32,000 nucleotides of DNA from Bacillus subtilis subsp. subtilis str. 168 (GCF_000009045.1 NC_000964.3:900001-932000), one strand, 5' to 3'; shown: positions 19,369 to 28,690, counted from the first letter of the stretch. The notes: a model not told the origin generated them from the sequence alone. Translations and numbers: made by a program.

Positions 19369-20343
19369 TTTCGTTTTTAAGAAGTAGGTTTCAATATCAT
19401 CAAGCAGGTAGTTTGCGGCTTTAATTCCGCCTGCGGTTGTCCATACGACGTCATCGACTTCATGTGCATTACCTGACTTCACGGCCTTCAGGTTTTTCCA
19501 TAGTGAACTGCTTGTCCACTGATTGGCCCATTTTTCATTTTCTTTTGCATTATCGGCTTTATAAGTGAAATAAAACAGCACATCAGCATCCATATCAGGA
19601 ATAGATTCTTTACTGTCGGTTGAGAACGTAAATTGGTCCTTTTGTTTCTTAAACAGTTCCACTTGTTTTTCAGGGCGTTTGAAGCCAAGCTGGTCTAAAA
19701 TAATCCCAGGAAATGAATCGGTATAATAGATTCTTGATTCACCGGATAAAAAGCGTACGACTGAAACGGTTTTGTTTGTCTGGTCGCCCAGCTTGTTTTT
19801 TAAATCAGAAACACGTTTATCAAAATCGGCAATGACTTCCTTGCCTTTGTCCGCCTTATTCACCGCGTTGGCGTATAGAGTCAGGTTATCCTTCCAGTTC
19901 CCGGCCAAAGATTCAGCAAAAACAGTCGGCGCAATCGCATTTAACTGATCATAAATTTTTTCCTGGCGCACTTTGTTTCCAATAATCAAATCAGGCTTTA
20001 ATTCTGCGATGGCTTCCACATTCGGTTCCGTTTCAAGACCGACGTTTTTAACACCTTTCATGTCATCTTTCAGATAGTCATACCACGGGTCGCCCTTCCA
20101 TGACTTTACGGCTCCGACCGGCTTAATGCCAAGCGCTAAGAGCGCCTCTGTTCCTTCATTAGTTAAAACAACAATCCGTTTTGGATTGGCGGGGATGTTG
20201 TCTGATGTCCCCATTGCATGTTTGACCGTTCTTGTTTTGCTGCTTGACACCTCGCTGTTGCTTGAACTTTCTGAACTATTACAGGCAGAAAGTACCATAA
20301 CGGCCATTAAAAATACGAATAGCATGCTGATATGCTTTTTCAT
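19366..20343 (-). CDS. yfiY: Iron-siderophore ABC transporter substrate-binding lipoprotein
   Basis: Signal peptide with lipobox LSAC (MKKHISMLFVFLMAVMVLSAC); FepB/FecB-type domain. Start corrected from 20376 to ATG 20343 (325 aa). Confidence 0.9.
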   Translation of the reverse strand: MKKHISMLFVFLMAVMVLSACNSSESSSNSEVSSSKTRTVKHAMGTSDNIPANPKRIVVLTNEGTEALLALGIKPVGAVKSWKGDPWYDYLKDDMKGVKNVGLETEPNVEAIAELKPDLIIGNKVRQEKIYDQLNAIAPTVFAESLAGNWKDNLTLYANAVNKADKGKEVIADFDKRVSDLKNKLGDQTNKTVSVVRFLSGESRIYYTDSFPGIILDQLGFKRPEKQVELFKKQKDQFTFSTDSKESIPDMDADVLFYFTYKADNAKENEKWANQWTSSSLWKNLKAVKSGNAHEVDDVVWTTAGGIKAANYLLDDIETYFLKTK

Positions 20344-20360
20344 CTTTTTCCTCCCAATAT

Positions 20361-20375
20361 TGAAATTCATTATCA
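20361..20375 (-). promoter_or_regulatory. Fur-box-like element upstream of yfiY
   Basis: On the minus strand TGATAATGAATTTCA, 12/14 to the 7-1-7 consensus TGATAATnATTATCA. Confidence 0.65.
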
Positions 20376-20380
20376 TTTAG

Positions 20381-20409
20381 ATCATAATAAGCAGTGTTAA
20401 GAGTGTCAA
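20381..20409 (-). promoter_or_regulatory. Candidate sigma-A promoter for yfiY
   Basis: On the minus strand: TTGACA - 17 nt - TATGAT. Confidence 0.7.
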
Positions 20410-20417
20410 TCCCTAAT

Positions 20418-20432
20418 TGAGGATTATTCTCA
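20418..20432 (+). promoter_or_regulatory. Fur-box-like element on the yfiZ side
   Basis: TGAGGATTATTCTCA, 11/14 to the 7-1-7 Fur consensus; near-palindromic. Confidence 0.5.
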
Positions 20433-20473
20433 AAAACAAACATTACATAGTAAATAACTAGGAGAATTAGATC

Positions 20474-21475
20474 ATGATCTGCAAAAAGGCATCTTCAAAA
20501 TGGATTGTGTTAGTATGTCTGATTTTCATTTTACTGACGGCTGTCTGCGCAAGCGTCGTGTATGGCTATACAGGTACGTCATGGAGACAGGTCTATCAGG
20601 CGTTTACTTCCTTCAATGGAACAAATGAGCATGTCATCATCAAGGATGTCAGGCTTCCGCGCGCTTTGGTTGCGACAGTCGTCGGCGCCTCGCTTGCAGC
20701 CGCGGGCGCTCTCATGCAGGCGCTCACAAAAAATCCGCTTGCGTCACCGGGGATTTTCGGGATTAACGCCGGTGCAGGTTTTTTTATTGTTGCCGGATCG
20801 TTTTTTCTGCATATTCAGTCACCTCAGGCATTAGTATGGAGCTCGTTTCTGGGGGCAGCATTTACCGCTGCGATCGTCTATGCAGCAGGCTCGCTTGGGA
20901 GGGAAGGGCTGACGCCAATCAAACTGACGCTGGCGGGAGCTGCCATGGCAGCCATGTTTTCTTCTCTGACACAGGGCTTGCTGTCTGTCAACGAACTCGA
21001 GCTTGCCCAGGTGCTTTTTTGGCTGACTGGCTCTGTGCAGGGCCGGAGTCTGGATCTGTTGATGACGATGTTTCCATATGCAGCGGCAGCGCTGGTAATC
21101 TGCTTCTTTCTCGGCCAAAAAATTAATCTCCTCGTTATGGGAGAAGATGTGGCAAAAGGACTCGGCCAAAAAACAGGCCTGCTGAAATTTGTGATGGCGC
21201 TTTGTGTTGTCATGCTTGCAGGGTCCGCTGTCGCCATTGCCGGGCCGATTTCTTTTATCGGCATCATTATTCCGCATTTTGCCCGCTTTGTCGTTGGTAA
21301 TGATTATCGCTGGGTTCTGCCATTTTCCGCTGTTTTGGGTGCCATTTTGCTTGTTTGCGCGGATATCGGTGCGCGATATATCATTATGCCTCAGGAAGTT
21401 CCTGTCGGGGTCATGACCGCCATCATCGGAATGCCTGTGTTTGTGTACATCGCAAGAAGGGGGGCGAAGCTATGA
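20474..21475 (+). CDS. yfiZ: Iron-siderophore ABC transporter permease (FecCD family)
   Basis: 333 aa; RLPRALVATVVGASLAAAGALMQALTKNPLASPGIFGINAGA; GPISFIGIIIPHFAR. Confidence 0.92.
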   Translation: MICKKASSKWIVLVCLIFILLTAVCASVVYGYTGTSWRQVYQAFTSFNGTNEHVIIKDVRLPRALVATVVGASLAAAGALMQALTKNPLASPGIFGINAGAGFFIVAGSFFLHIQSPQALVWSSFLGAAFTAAIVYAAGSLGREGLTPIKLTLAGAAMAAMFSSLTQGLLSVNELELAQVLFWLTGSVQGRSLDLLMTMFPYAAAALVICFFLGQKINLLVMGEDVAKGLGQKTGLLKFVMALCVVMLAGSAVAIAGPISFIGIIIPHFARFVVGNDYRWVLPFSAVLGAILLVCADIGARYIIMPQEVPVGVMTAIIGMPVFVYIARRGAKL

Positions 21476-22503
21476 AACTTCGTTTTGGCGTTACTGCGGC
21501 TGAAAAGAAAGCATGGATCGTCTTTTTGGTTTTACTGGGGTTAACAGCTGCTGTACTCATCATAAGCGCTGGTCTCGGACAAAGGTTTATTCCTCCCTGG
21601 GATGTAGCAAAAACATTCTTTGGTGCAGGTTCCAAGCTGGATGAACTGATGATCATGTCGTTCCGCATGCCAAGAATTTTGACGGCTTTATGCGCCGGTG
21701 TCTGCTTGGCAGCGGCAGGCGCGATATTGCAGGGGCTCGTCAGAAACCCTCTCGCATCTCCGGATATTATCGGAATAACAGGAGGAGCGGCGGTAGCGGT
21801 CGTGCTTTTAATGATGTTCTTCTCAGACCGCAGCAGTTCACTTACGATCAGTCTGTCATGGCTTCCAGCAGCCGCATTTATCGGCGCATCGGCTGTCGGG
21901 CTCATCGTCTATTTACTGGCATACAAAAATGGCGCCTCCACATTTCGGCTGGTGCTTATCGGAATCGGATTTTCAATGTCGGCGCAGGCGATGACTACCC
22001 TGTTGATGATCAAAGGCCCGATTTACCGAGCATCACAAGCCAATGTGTATATCACTGGGTCAGTTTATGGGTCAAACTGGCAGCATGTAAAAATAGCTAT
22101 TATCTTATCTGTCATTCTCTTATTCATTTGTTTTGTCGCGCTAAAAAATATGAATATACAGGTGCTGGGTGAAGATATTGCGGCGGGTGCAGGAAGCGCT
22201 GTGCAGCGAAATCGTTTTTTCTTGCTCCTTTTGAGTACGGCTCTTACTGGTTGTGCAGTTTCAGTTGCCGGCACAATCGGTTTTGTCGGGCTGATGGCGC
22301 CCCATATTGCAAGACGGCTTGTCGGCTCATCTTATGGCGCGCTGCTCCCAGCGTCGGCACTTATTGGAGCTCTGCTCGTTTTAACAGCTGATATCGTCGG
22401 CAGAACCTTATTTGCTCCGGTGGAAGTGCCGGCCGGCGTCTTTACAGCGGCTATCGGCGCACCTTATTTTATTTATTTGCTCTATAAAACAAGAAATTCT
22501 TAA
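21472..22503 (+). CDS. yfhA: Iron-siderophore ABC transporter permease (FecCD family)
   Basis: FRMPRILTALCAGVCLAAAGAILQGLVRNPLASPDIIGITGGA; GTIGFVGLMAPHIAR. Start corrected to ATG 21472, overlapping the yfiZ stop (343 aa). Confidence 0.92.
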   Translation: MKLRFGVTAAEKKAWIVFLVLLGLTAAVLIISAGLGQRFIPPWDVAKTFFGAGSKLDELMIMSFRMPRILTALCAGVCLAAAGAILQGLVRNPLASPDIIGITGGAAVAVVLLMMFFSDRSSSLTISLSWLPAAAFIGASAVGLIVYLLAYKNGASTFRLVLIGIGFSMSAQAMTTLLMIKGPIYRASQANVYITGSVYGSNWQHVKIAIILSVILLFICFVALKNMNIQVLGEDIAAGAGSAVQRNRFFLLLLSTALTGCAVSVAGTIGFVGLMAPHIARRLVGSSYGALLPASALIGALLVLTADIVGRTLFAPVEVPAGVFTAAIGAPYFIYLLYKTRNS

Positions 22504-22617
22504 TCGTTACACCCATTTTCTTAAAAAAGAAAATGGGTTTTTTTGATAATGACTGAAGATTCGTAATTATTTTTGCTATACTGACAGAGACATTGATAAA
22601 GAAAGGGCGGCAGATGA

Positions 22618-23499
22618 ATGAAAGAAGCAGAGGTATTAAAATATGAAGCATTTACAAGCAGTCCCGGCAAAGGAAACCCCGCAGGCGTCGTTTTGCAGGG
22701 AGACGATTATACGGAAGACGAGATGCAGATCATAGCTGAACGTGCCGGGTATTCAGAAACCTCCTTTATCCGAAAAAGCGAGTCGGCCGATCTTGAACTC
22801 CGTTACTTTACCCCTGGACACGAAATGAATTTGTGCGGTCATGCGACAGTTGCTTCTCTTTACGCATTATGTGAGAAAGGAATGCTGGAGAGCGGTAAAA
22901 CGTACAGCATCCAAACGAAAGCGGGTATCCTGCCTGTGAAGATTTCTGAAAAAGATGGCCGCATTCATATCACGCTTGAACAGGCCTCTCCGCAATTCAA
23001 ACCATTTACAGGCGATCGGAAAAAACTTGCGGACGCACTGGGTATCACCGATGAAGATTTTCATGAAGACCTTCCGATTGTGTTTGGCAGCACTGGGATA
23101 TGGACAGCCATCGTTCCGCTTAAATCATTGGAGGCTTCCAAAAAAATGGTGCCAGATAACAAACAATTTCCGGAAGTGTTAGTTGATCTGCCAAAAGCTT
23201 CAGTCCATCCGTTTACCTTTGAAACCGTCCATCCCGACAGCGACCTGCACGGGCGCCACTTTTCATCCCCGTATTCGGGAACGATTGAAGACCCCGTGAC
23301 CGGCACAGCATCCGGCGTGATGGGGGCTTATATGAAACATTATGGCAATGCCGAGCAGCATAAATTTATCATTGAACAAGGGCAGGAAATTGGAAAAGAC
23401 GGAAAAGTGGAGATCGAAATGAACGAAGCCGGCGGCCATGTGAAAGTGAACATGACAGGAACAGCCGTTTACTCAGAAACCCGTATTCTTAAAATCTAA
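22618..23499 (+). CDS. yfhB: PhzF-family isomerase-like protein
   Basis: 293 aa; YEAFTSSPGKGNPAGVV, DPVTGTASGVMGAY, GHATVASLYAL. Confidence 0.9.
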   Translation: MKEAEVLKYEAFTSSPGKGNPAGVVLQGDDYTEDEMQIIAERAGYSETSFIRKSESADLELRYFTPGHEMNLCGHATVASLYALCEKGMLESGKTYSIQTKAGILPVKISEKDGRIHITLEQASPQFKPFTGDRKKLADALGITDEDFHEDLPIVFGSTGIWTAIVPLKSLEASKKMVPDNKQFPEVLVDLPKASVHPFTFETVHPDSDLHGRHFSSPYSGTIEDPVTGTASGVMGAYMKHYGNAEQHKFIIEQGQEIGKDGKVEIEMNEAGGHVKVNMTGTAVYSETRILKI

Positions 23500-23534
23500 T
23501 ACGGATGATGGTTTACAAAAAGATGCACTTTCCG

Positions 23535-23563
23535 TTATCATTATGAAATGATAATCATTTTCA
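23535..23563 (+). promoter_or_regulatory. Fur box(es) upstream of yfhC
   Basis: TTATCATT-ATGA-AATGATAA perfect 8-4-8 repeat overlapping TGATAATCATTTTCA (13/14 to the 7-1-7 consensus). Confidence 0.75.
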
Positions 23564-23586
23564 ATTGCATAGGAAGGTGAGACGGT

Positions 23587-24171
23587 ATGCCTCAAACCGA
23601 ACAAATACATCAGCATTCAGTACTGAGGGACATCATACGCAGCAGAAGATCGATTCGAAAGTTTAAACAAGAGCCAGTACCTTCAGCAGTCATTCTTGAC
23701 ATGCTTGAAACGGCAAAATATGCGCCAAATCACAGAGTGACAGAGCCATGGAGATTTATTTACGTTTCCAGTGAGACAGGTAAAGCGAACCTCATTAATA
23801 CATTTGCAGCGTTCTCTAAGAAATCCAAGCCGGATATGACAGAGGAAAAGCTTCAAAATTTCAAAAACACACTTGGGCGCGTTCCGGGATTTCTCCTCGT
23901 CGTGTTTCAGGAAGATGAAAACGAAAGAGCGCGGGACGACGATTTTGCGGCAACAAGCTCGTTGATTCAAAATCTTCAGCTTCTCGCTTGGGAAAAAGGA
24001 ATCGGCATGGTTTGGAAAAGCGGAAAAATCCTTTATGACAAAGAAGTCCATCAGGCCTTTGGTTTACAGGATAATGAGCGTTTCGCCGCCATCATACAAA
24101 CAGGTTATCCTGACGAGGCGCCGGAAGTGAAAAAACGCACACCGATCCGCGACCGATTCACTGAAATGTAA
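23587..24171 (+). CDS. yfhC: Nitroreductase family protein
   Basis: 194 aa; IIRSRRSIRKFKQEPVPSAVILDMLETAKYAPNHRVTEPWRF; GIGMVWKSG. Confidence 0.9.
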   Translation: MPQTEQIHQHSVLRDIIRSRRSIRKFKQEPVPSAVILDMLETAKYAPNHRVTEPWRFIYVSSETGKANLINTFAAFSKKSKPDMTEEKLQNFKNTLGRVPGFLLVVFQEDENERARDDDFAATSSLIQNLQLLAWEKGIGMVWKSGKILYDKEVHQAFGLQDNERFAAIIQTGYPDEAPEVKKRTPIRDRFTEM

Positions 24172-24207
24172 AAAACCCCTTGTCTCAAACGGAGACAAGG
24201 GGTTTTT
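24171..24207. terminator. Bidirectional terminator between yfhC and yfhD
   Basis: AAAAACCCCTTGTCTC AAACG GAGACAAGGGGTTTTT. Confidence 0.9.
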
Positions 24208-24209
24208 CA

Positions 24210-24401
24210 TTAACGAGATTTCTTTTTCGCTCTGTTGTCGGCTGCTTTCGCACGCTCTTGCGCTTCGCGGTCATCTGCATCAGCAAGCTCGGTTGAATAT
24301 TCTTCGTAAACGCCGTCAGTTTCCCTTTTTAAGGCATCGGGAACTTGTGGAAGCTTTTGTTTGTTTTTATCACGGTTTTTGTGGATATGATTTCTGCCCA
24401 T
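24210..24401 (-). CDS. yfhD: YfhD family small charged protein
   Basis: 63 aa; MGRNHIHKNRDKNKQKLPQVPDALKRETDGVYEEYSTELADADDREAQERAKAADNRAKKKSR. Confidence 0.88.
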   Translation of the reverse strand: MGRNHIHKNRDKNKQKLPQVPDALKRETDGVYEEYSTELADADDREAQERAKAADNRAKKKSR

Positions 24402-24467
24402 ATCAAATTCCCCCTAAAAAGTGATATCAAACAAATATAGTATTTGGTTTTAAGGGGCTATGTATTC

Positions 24468-24578
24468 CTACTTCCGCTTAGCAGCTTTTTCCGCTTTTTT
24501 AAATTCGCCTGAATAAAGAACTTCCTGCATTTTTTTCAGGTTGGCGCCTTGCTGGTGCTTCTCCCTCTTTTTTTCCAT
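24468..24578 (-). CDS. yfhE: YfhE family small basic protein (36 aa; absent from the supplied ORF track)
   Basis: GGAGGTCCTTTTT-ATG; translation MEKKREKHQQGANLKKMQEVLYSGEFKKAEKAAKRK*. Confidence 0.85.
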   Translation of the reverse strand: MEKKREKHQQGANLKKMQEVLYSGEFKKAEKAAKRK

Positions 24579-24632
24579 AAAAAGGACCTCCTTCAACCAT
24601 GTTATTCTTAAGGTTGACGCTTCCTGCTGTTT

Positions 24633-25544
24633 TTATACAGTCTTTCGGTCCGCTATCAGCTGTGAGAGTGCAAATTCAAGATCCGAATATGTAAAACGAA
24701 ATCCAGAGGTTATCGCTTTTTTCGGAAGAGCGCGCTGTCCTTTCACAATCAAAAGACTCATTTCACCCAATGCTTTTGATAAAAAGAATTCCGGGACGGG
24801 GAGCCAGTGCGGGCGGTGCTTCACCCGTGCAATCGTTTTTCCGAATTGCTTCATGTCCACAGGATTGGGCGCGGTGACATTCATTGGGCCTGAGATGCCG
24901 GCGTTTTCCACCGCATATCGGATCATCTGGGCCGCATCCTCGACATGAATCCATGACAGCCACTGCCTTCCCGTTCCGATCGTTCCGCCGGCCAGAAACT
25001 TATAGGGGAGAATCATGAGCGGGAGAGCGCCTTTTTCTCCAAGCATCACGCCAAATCTCGCATAAACTGTCCGGATGCCCATCGCTTCAATATGCTGTCC
25101 TTCCTTTTCCCACAGGTGTGCAGTATGGCTGAGAAAATCCTCATCTGACGTTGCAGAATCCTCTGTGAAAGTTTTCTCAAGGCTTGTGCCGTAAATGCCC
25201 ACGGCACTGGCTTGGATCAATGTCTTCGGCTTCTCCTTCTGTTTCTGAATAAGCCGCTGCACTTCACGCGTCGCATTGATACGGCTGGAGAGAATGTGCT
25301 GCTTCGTTTTTTCTGTCCAGCGGCCAAAAATCGATTTTCCCGCAAGATTTATCCAGACATCAATATGAGGAAGTTCCTGCTCCGGTGCGGCTCCTTCCGA
25401 CAGCCATTGGACATATGTCATATTTTTTTGTTCAGTTTCCCTTGCGTTTCTTGATAAAATATAAACATGGTGTCCCTGGCGGGTAAGAACGCCTGTCAGA
25501 TGCTGGCCGAGAAAACCGGTTCCGCCCGTCATTGCGATATTCAT
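24633..25544 (-). CDS. yfhF: NAD-dependent epimerase-like protein, SDR39U1/TIGR01777 family
   Basis: MNIAMTGGTGFLGQHLTGVLTRQGHHVYILSR; start corrected to ATG 25544 (303 aa) after the GAGGAGAG RBS. Confidence 0.88.
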   Translation of the reverse strand: MNIAMTGGTGFLGQHLTGVLTRQGHHVYILSRNARETEQKNMTYVQWLSEGAAPEQELPHIDVWINLAGKSIFGRWTEKTKQHILSSRINATREVQRLIQKQKEKPKTLIQASAVGIYGTSLEKTFTEDSATSDEDFLSHTAHLWEKEGQHIEAMGIRTVYARFGVMLGEKGALPLMILPYKFLAGGTIGTGRQWLSWIHVEDAAQMIRYAVENAGISGPMNVTAPNPVDMKQFGKTIARVKHRPHWLPVPEFFLSKALGEMSLLIVKGQRALPKKAITSGFRFTYSDLEFALSQLIADRKTV

Positions 25545-25632
25545 GAACATCTCTCCTCATCGTTCTAATAAATATACTTTACCTCATTGTAATAAAAGAA
25601 AACGCGTTTCAGGCCTGAGAAGGGAGATTAAG

Positions 25633-26427
25633 ATGCCGTTTATTACAAAAATATCAACGCAAAAAAAGAATACGGAACGCTTCAATATTTTTCTGGATGA
25701 TAAATACGCCTTCAGCGTGGACGCGGATGTGCTCGTGAAATTTGAGCTCAAGAAGGGAAAAGAACTCGATGATCTTGACATCATTGAGATTCAATACGGC
25801 GATGAAGTGAAGAAAGGCTTCAACCGTGCGCTTGACTTTTTATCCTATCGAATGCGGTCGACGAAAGAGGTCGAGGATCACTTAAAGAAAAAAGAAACCT
25901 CGCCCCCCGTCATTGCGGAAGTCATCCATAGGCTTAACGATTACAAGTACTTAAACGACCAGGAATTTGCCGCAGCCTATGTCAGCACTCACAAAAAAAC
26001 AAACGGAAAAGGCCCTGATGTTTTGTTCAGAGAGCTAAGAGCGAAGGGAATTGATGACGATACAATTAAGGAGGCGCTAAGTTCCTTTTCCTTTGAAGAT
26101 CAGACAAGAGAAGCGGTCAAGCATGTTGAAAAGCTTCTCAAAAAAGATAAAAAGCTTTCGACGAAAGAACTCAAACAGCGCGCCCAGCTGCAGCTTCAGC
26201 GCAAGGGCTTCTCATTTGATGTTATCAGCGCGGCGATGGATCAGATTGAATATGAAAATGATGAAGACACAGAGAAAGAAGCGCTGCGCCTTCACGCGGA
26301 AAAAGCGTTTAGAAAATACCGCTATGACGGCTCATATGAAAGCGCCATGAAGGTCAAACAATTTTTATTCCGCAAAGGATTCTCACTCGATTTAATCGAG
26401 CAATTACTGCAGGAAGAGGAGTACTGA
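25633..26427 (+). CDS. recX: Recombination regulator RecX
   Basis: RLNDYKYLNDQEFAAAYV, LRAKGIDDDTIKEAL and repeated helical units; start corrected to ATG 25633 (264 aa). Confidence 0.92.
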   Translation: MPFITKISTQKKNTERFNIFLDDKYAFSVDADVLVKFELKKGKELDDLDIIEIQYGDEVKKGFNRALDFLSYRMRSTKEVEDHLKKKETSPPVIAEVIHRLNDYKYLNDQEFAAAYVSTHKKTNGKGPDVLFRELRAKGIDDDTIKEALSSFSFEDQTREAVKHVEKLLKKDKKLSTKELKQRAQLQLQRKGFSFDVISAAMDQIEYENDEDTEKEALRLHAEKAFRKYRYDGSYESAMKVKQFLFRKGFSLDLIEQLLQEEEY

Positions 26428-26428
26428 A

Positions 26429-26743
26429 ATGGAGAAACGATACAGTCAAATGACACCGCATGAACTCAATACCGAAATCGCATTACTTTCTGAAAAAGCA
26501 AGAAAAGCCGAACAGCATGGAATCATAAACGAACTGGCAGTGCTCGAACGGAAAATTACGATGGCAAAAGCATATTTGCTGAACCCGGAAGATTACTCAC
26601 CGGGAGAAACATATCGTGTGGAAAACACTGAGGACGAGTTTACCATCAGTTATTTAAATGGCGTTTTCGCATGGGGATACAGGACCTCTTCCCCTCAGCA
26701 AGAGGAAGCGCTGCCAATCTCAGTATTGCAAGAAAAAGAATAA
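26429..26743 (+). CDS. yfhH: YfhH family DUF1811 protein
   Basis: 104 aa; one nt after the recX stop; MEKRYSQMTPHELNTEIALLSEKARKAEQ. Confidence 0.85.
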   Translation: MEKRYSQMTPHELNTEIALLSEKARKAEQHGIINELAVLERKITMAKAYLLNPEDYSPGETYRVENTEDEFTISYLNGVFAWGYRTSSPQQEEALPISVLQEKE

Positions 26744-26753
26744 AGCGTAACAG

Positions 26754-26777
26754 GAGGCTGATGATCAGCCTCTTTTT
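26754..26777 (+). terminator. Terminator after recX-yfhH
   Basis: GAGGCTGA TGA TCAGCCTCTTTTT. Confidence 0.8.
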
Positions 26778-26885
26778 GTTTGCAGCACATTTACACGAAT
26801 TCTTAAAGAAAAAATCATTGAATTCACTTGAAAAATCTTTTAAGATGAAACTCGTTGTTTTTTAAAATCAAAGGAGGCGATGACG

Positions 26886-28079
26886 TTGAGTATCAAAAAC
26901 CCATCTGTAAAATTTATTATATTTGTTCTTATGATTTGTACATTTTCAATCGGCTATACAGAATACGCGGTGATGGGTATTTTGACGTCGATTGCCAATG
27001 ACTTTCATATACAGGTTTCATCCGCAGGGCTTCTTGTCACGGCTTATGCGGCAAGCGTTTGTTTGACAGGGCCGCTCGTCACCATCATTTCCGTCAAGCT
27101 TCCGAGAAAGCCTGTGCTTCTTGGGCTGATGGCGATATTTATCCTTTCCAACCTGATGAGCGCACTGGCGCCGAATTTTGCGGTATTGGCCATTTCAAGA
27201 ATTTTATCTGCGTCCATTCACGGCGCTTTCTTCGCGATTGCCATGGTATTCGCAAGTGAAATGGTTCCGCCGGAAAAGCGTGCTGCAGCTGCTGCTTCAA
27301 TGAACGGCGGACTGACAGTGGCTCTAATGCTTGGTGTTCCATTCGGCTCTTATCTCGGAGATGTCCTGAATTGGAGAGCGGTGTTTTCCATCATTACGGC
27401 ACTTGGTGTCATCGGATTTTTAGGCCTTATGGCTGCCGTGCCGAACAGAAAACCAAAAGTGATCCCAATGCTTATGAATGAGTGGGGTGTTTTTAAACAC
27501 AAACAAGTGCTGTTTTCCTTCGCGATTACCATTTTAGGCTATTCCGGTGTCTTTATCGCCTACACCTTTATCGAACCCATTTTGAGGCATTCAGCCGGAT
27601 TCAGCACGGTTGGCATTACAGGTGCTCTCTTTGCGTATGGATTGGGAGGCGTTGCCGGGAATTTCTTTGCTGGAAAGGTACCGCTGCCTTTGCTGACTCG
27701 GACGATGATCGGCGTAATGATCGGTTTAATCGGTGTTCTGGCTGTATTTCCTTACATCGCCATTTACCCGGCTGCAGCCATTGTGGCAACGTTCCTATTC
27801 GGGGCATGCGCATTCGGCACGCCGCCTCTTCTGCAAACAAAGGTCATTTCCTCATCTGAGGGCGGCACAACCATTGCCGCAGCTGTCAGCGTATCAGCAT
27901 TTAACCTTGCCAATGCCCTTGGTGCATGGATCGGCGGAATGATTTTAAACGGAACAGGCTCTTATTCCTGGCTGTTTGCAGGAGGTGCGCTTATGACCGC
28001 ATGCGGACTTGTGCTTTCTACCTTCGCACACTTATCAGAAAAGAAGAGCGTCTACGAATATCAAGTCAATAAAGGGTAA
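26886..28079 (+). CDS. yfhI: MFS transporter (DHA1 family, AraJ/CmlR-like)
   Basis: 12 TM pattern; TTG at 26886 sits 8 nt after AGGAGG (397 aa); ATG 26880 is too close. Confidence 0.87.
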   Translation: MSIKNPSVKFIIFVLMICTFSIGYTEYAVMGILTSIANDFHIQVSSAGLLVTAYAASVCLTGPLVTIISVKLPRKPVLLGLMAIFILSNLMSALAPNFAVLAISRILSASIHGAFFAIAMVFASEMVPPEKRAAAAASMNGGLTVALMLGVPFGSYLGDVLNWRAVFSIITALGVIGFLGLMAAVPNRKPKVIPMLMNEWGVFKHKQVLFSFAITILGYSGVFIAYTFIEPILRHSAGFSTVGITGALFAYGLGGVAGNFFAGKVPLPLLTRTMIGVMIGLIGVLAVFPYIAIYPAAAIVATFLFGACAFGTPPLLQTKVISSSEGGTTIAAAVSVSAFNLANALGAWIGGMILNGTGSYSWLFAGGALMTACGLVLSTFAHLSEKKSVYEYQVNKG

Positions 28080-28081
28080 AA

Positions 28082-28107
28082 AACAGCTGCAGTGTATGCA
28101 GCTGTTC
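28082..28107. terminator. Hairpin between convergent yfhI and sspK
   Basis: AACAGCTGCA GTGTA TGCAGCTGTT followed by a mixed T/C tract. Confidence 0.6.
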
Positions 28108-28111
28108 TTCT

Positions 28112-28264
28112 TTACCGTTTGCCTGAGGCTCTCATTCTTTCTTGAGGATGCTGATTGATAGATCCGTCAGCACGCTTTGAAGCATAGTCGTCCTTTGCTC
28201 TCGGTTCACCCTGAAATTTGTTTTCGTTTTCGTAAGGAAATCCTTTTTCTTTATTTCGGACCAT
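28112..28264 (-). CDS. sspK: Small acid-soluble spore protein K
   Basis: 50 aa [50 protein letters not shown]; start corrected from 28402. Confidence 0.92.
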
Positions 28265-28388
28265 GTCATATCCCCCTAGGTTCGAGATCAAAAAGTTGCG
28301 TCTTTTCAGATGAAGACGTAAGGTTAGTATATGGAGAACACCACGTAATAAAGCGTTATTTTTTTCCTGAAGAAAGGAGACTGCACAC

Positions 28389-28658
28389 ATGAATATGTAC
28401 ATTGAGAAACTGACTAATCTGCTTCTGGAAAAGAACGAGATGATCAGCTATATACAGGCAAAAACGTGGGTGGAATTGTTATGGAGCGATTTCGAAGCAA
28501 CCTACGCAAAAGCCGGACACGCCTATCAAGGTGAAAAAATGACTGAAAAAATCGTCACACAATGGATTGAAAACTATGGCGGCCAGCTCCACCTTTTTCA
28601 AAGCTCCCGTAACGACGTGAATGATTACTTAAATCAAAGCAGAGGCCTTTTGCATTAA
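28389..28658 (+). CDS. yfhJ: YfhJ family protein (WVELL domain)
   Basis: 89 aa; contains [17 protein letters not shown]; GAAAGGAG RBS. Confidence 0.85.
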
Positions 28659-28690
28659 AAACCTGCCGTTAACGACCGGCAGGTTTTTTC
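28657..28690 (+). terminator. Terminator after yfhJ
   Basis: AAAACCTGCCG TTAACGAC CGGCAGGTTTTTT. Confidence 0.85.

Noticed and set aside
28265-28388. Sigma-G type promoter for sspK in the sspK/yfhJ gap (CATATACTA on the minus strand)
   Set aside because: Biologically expected for an SASP gene, but I could not identify a well-spaced -35 with confidence.
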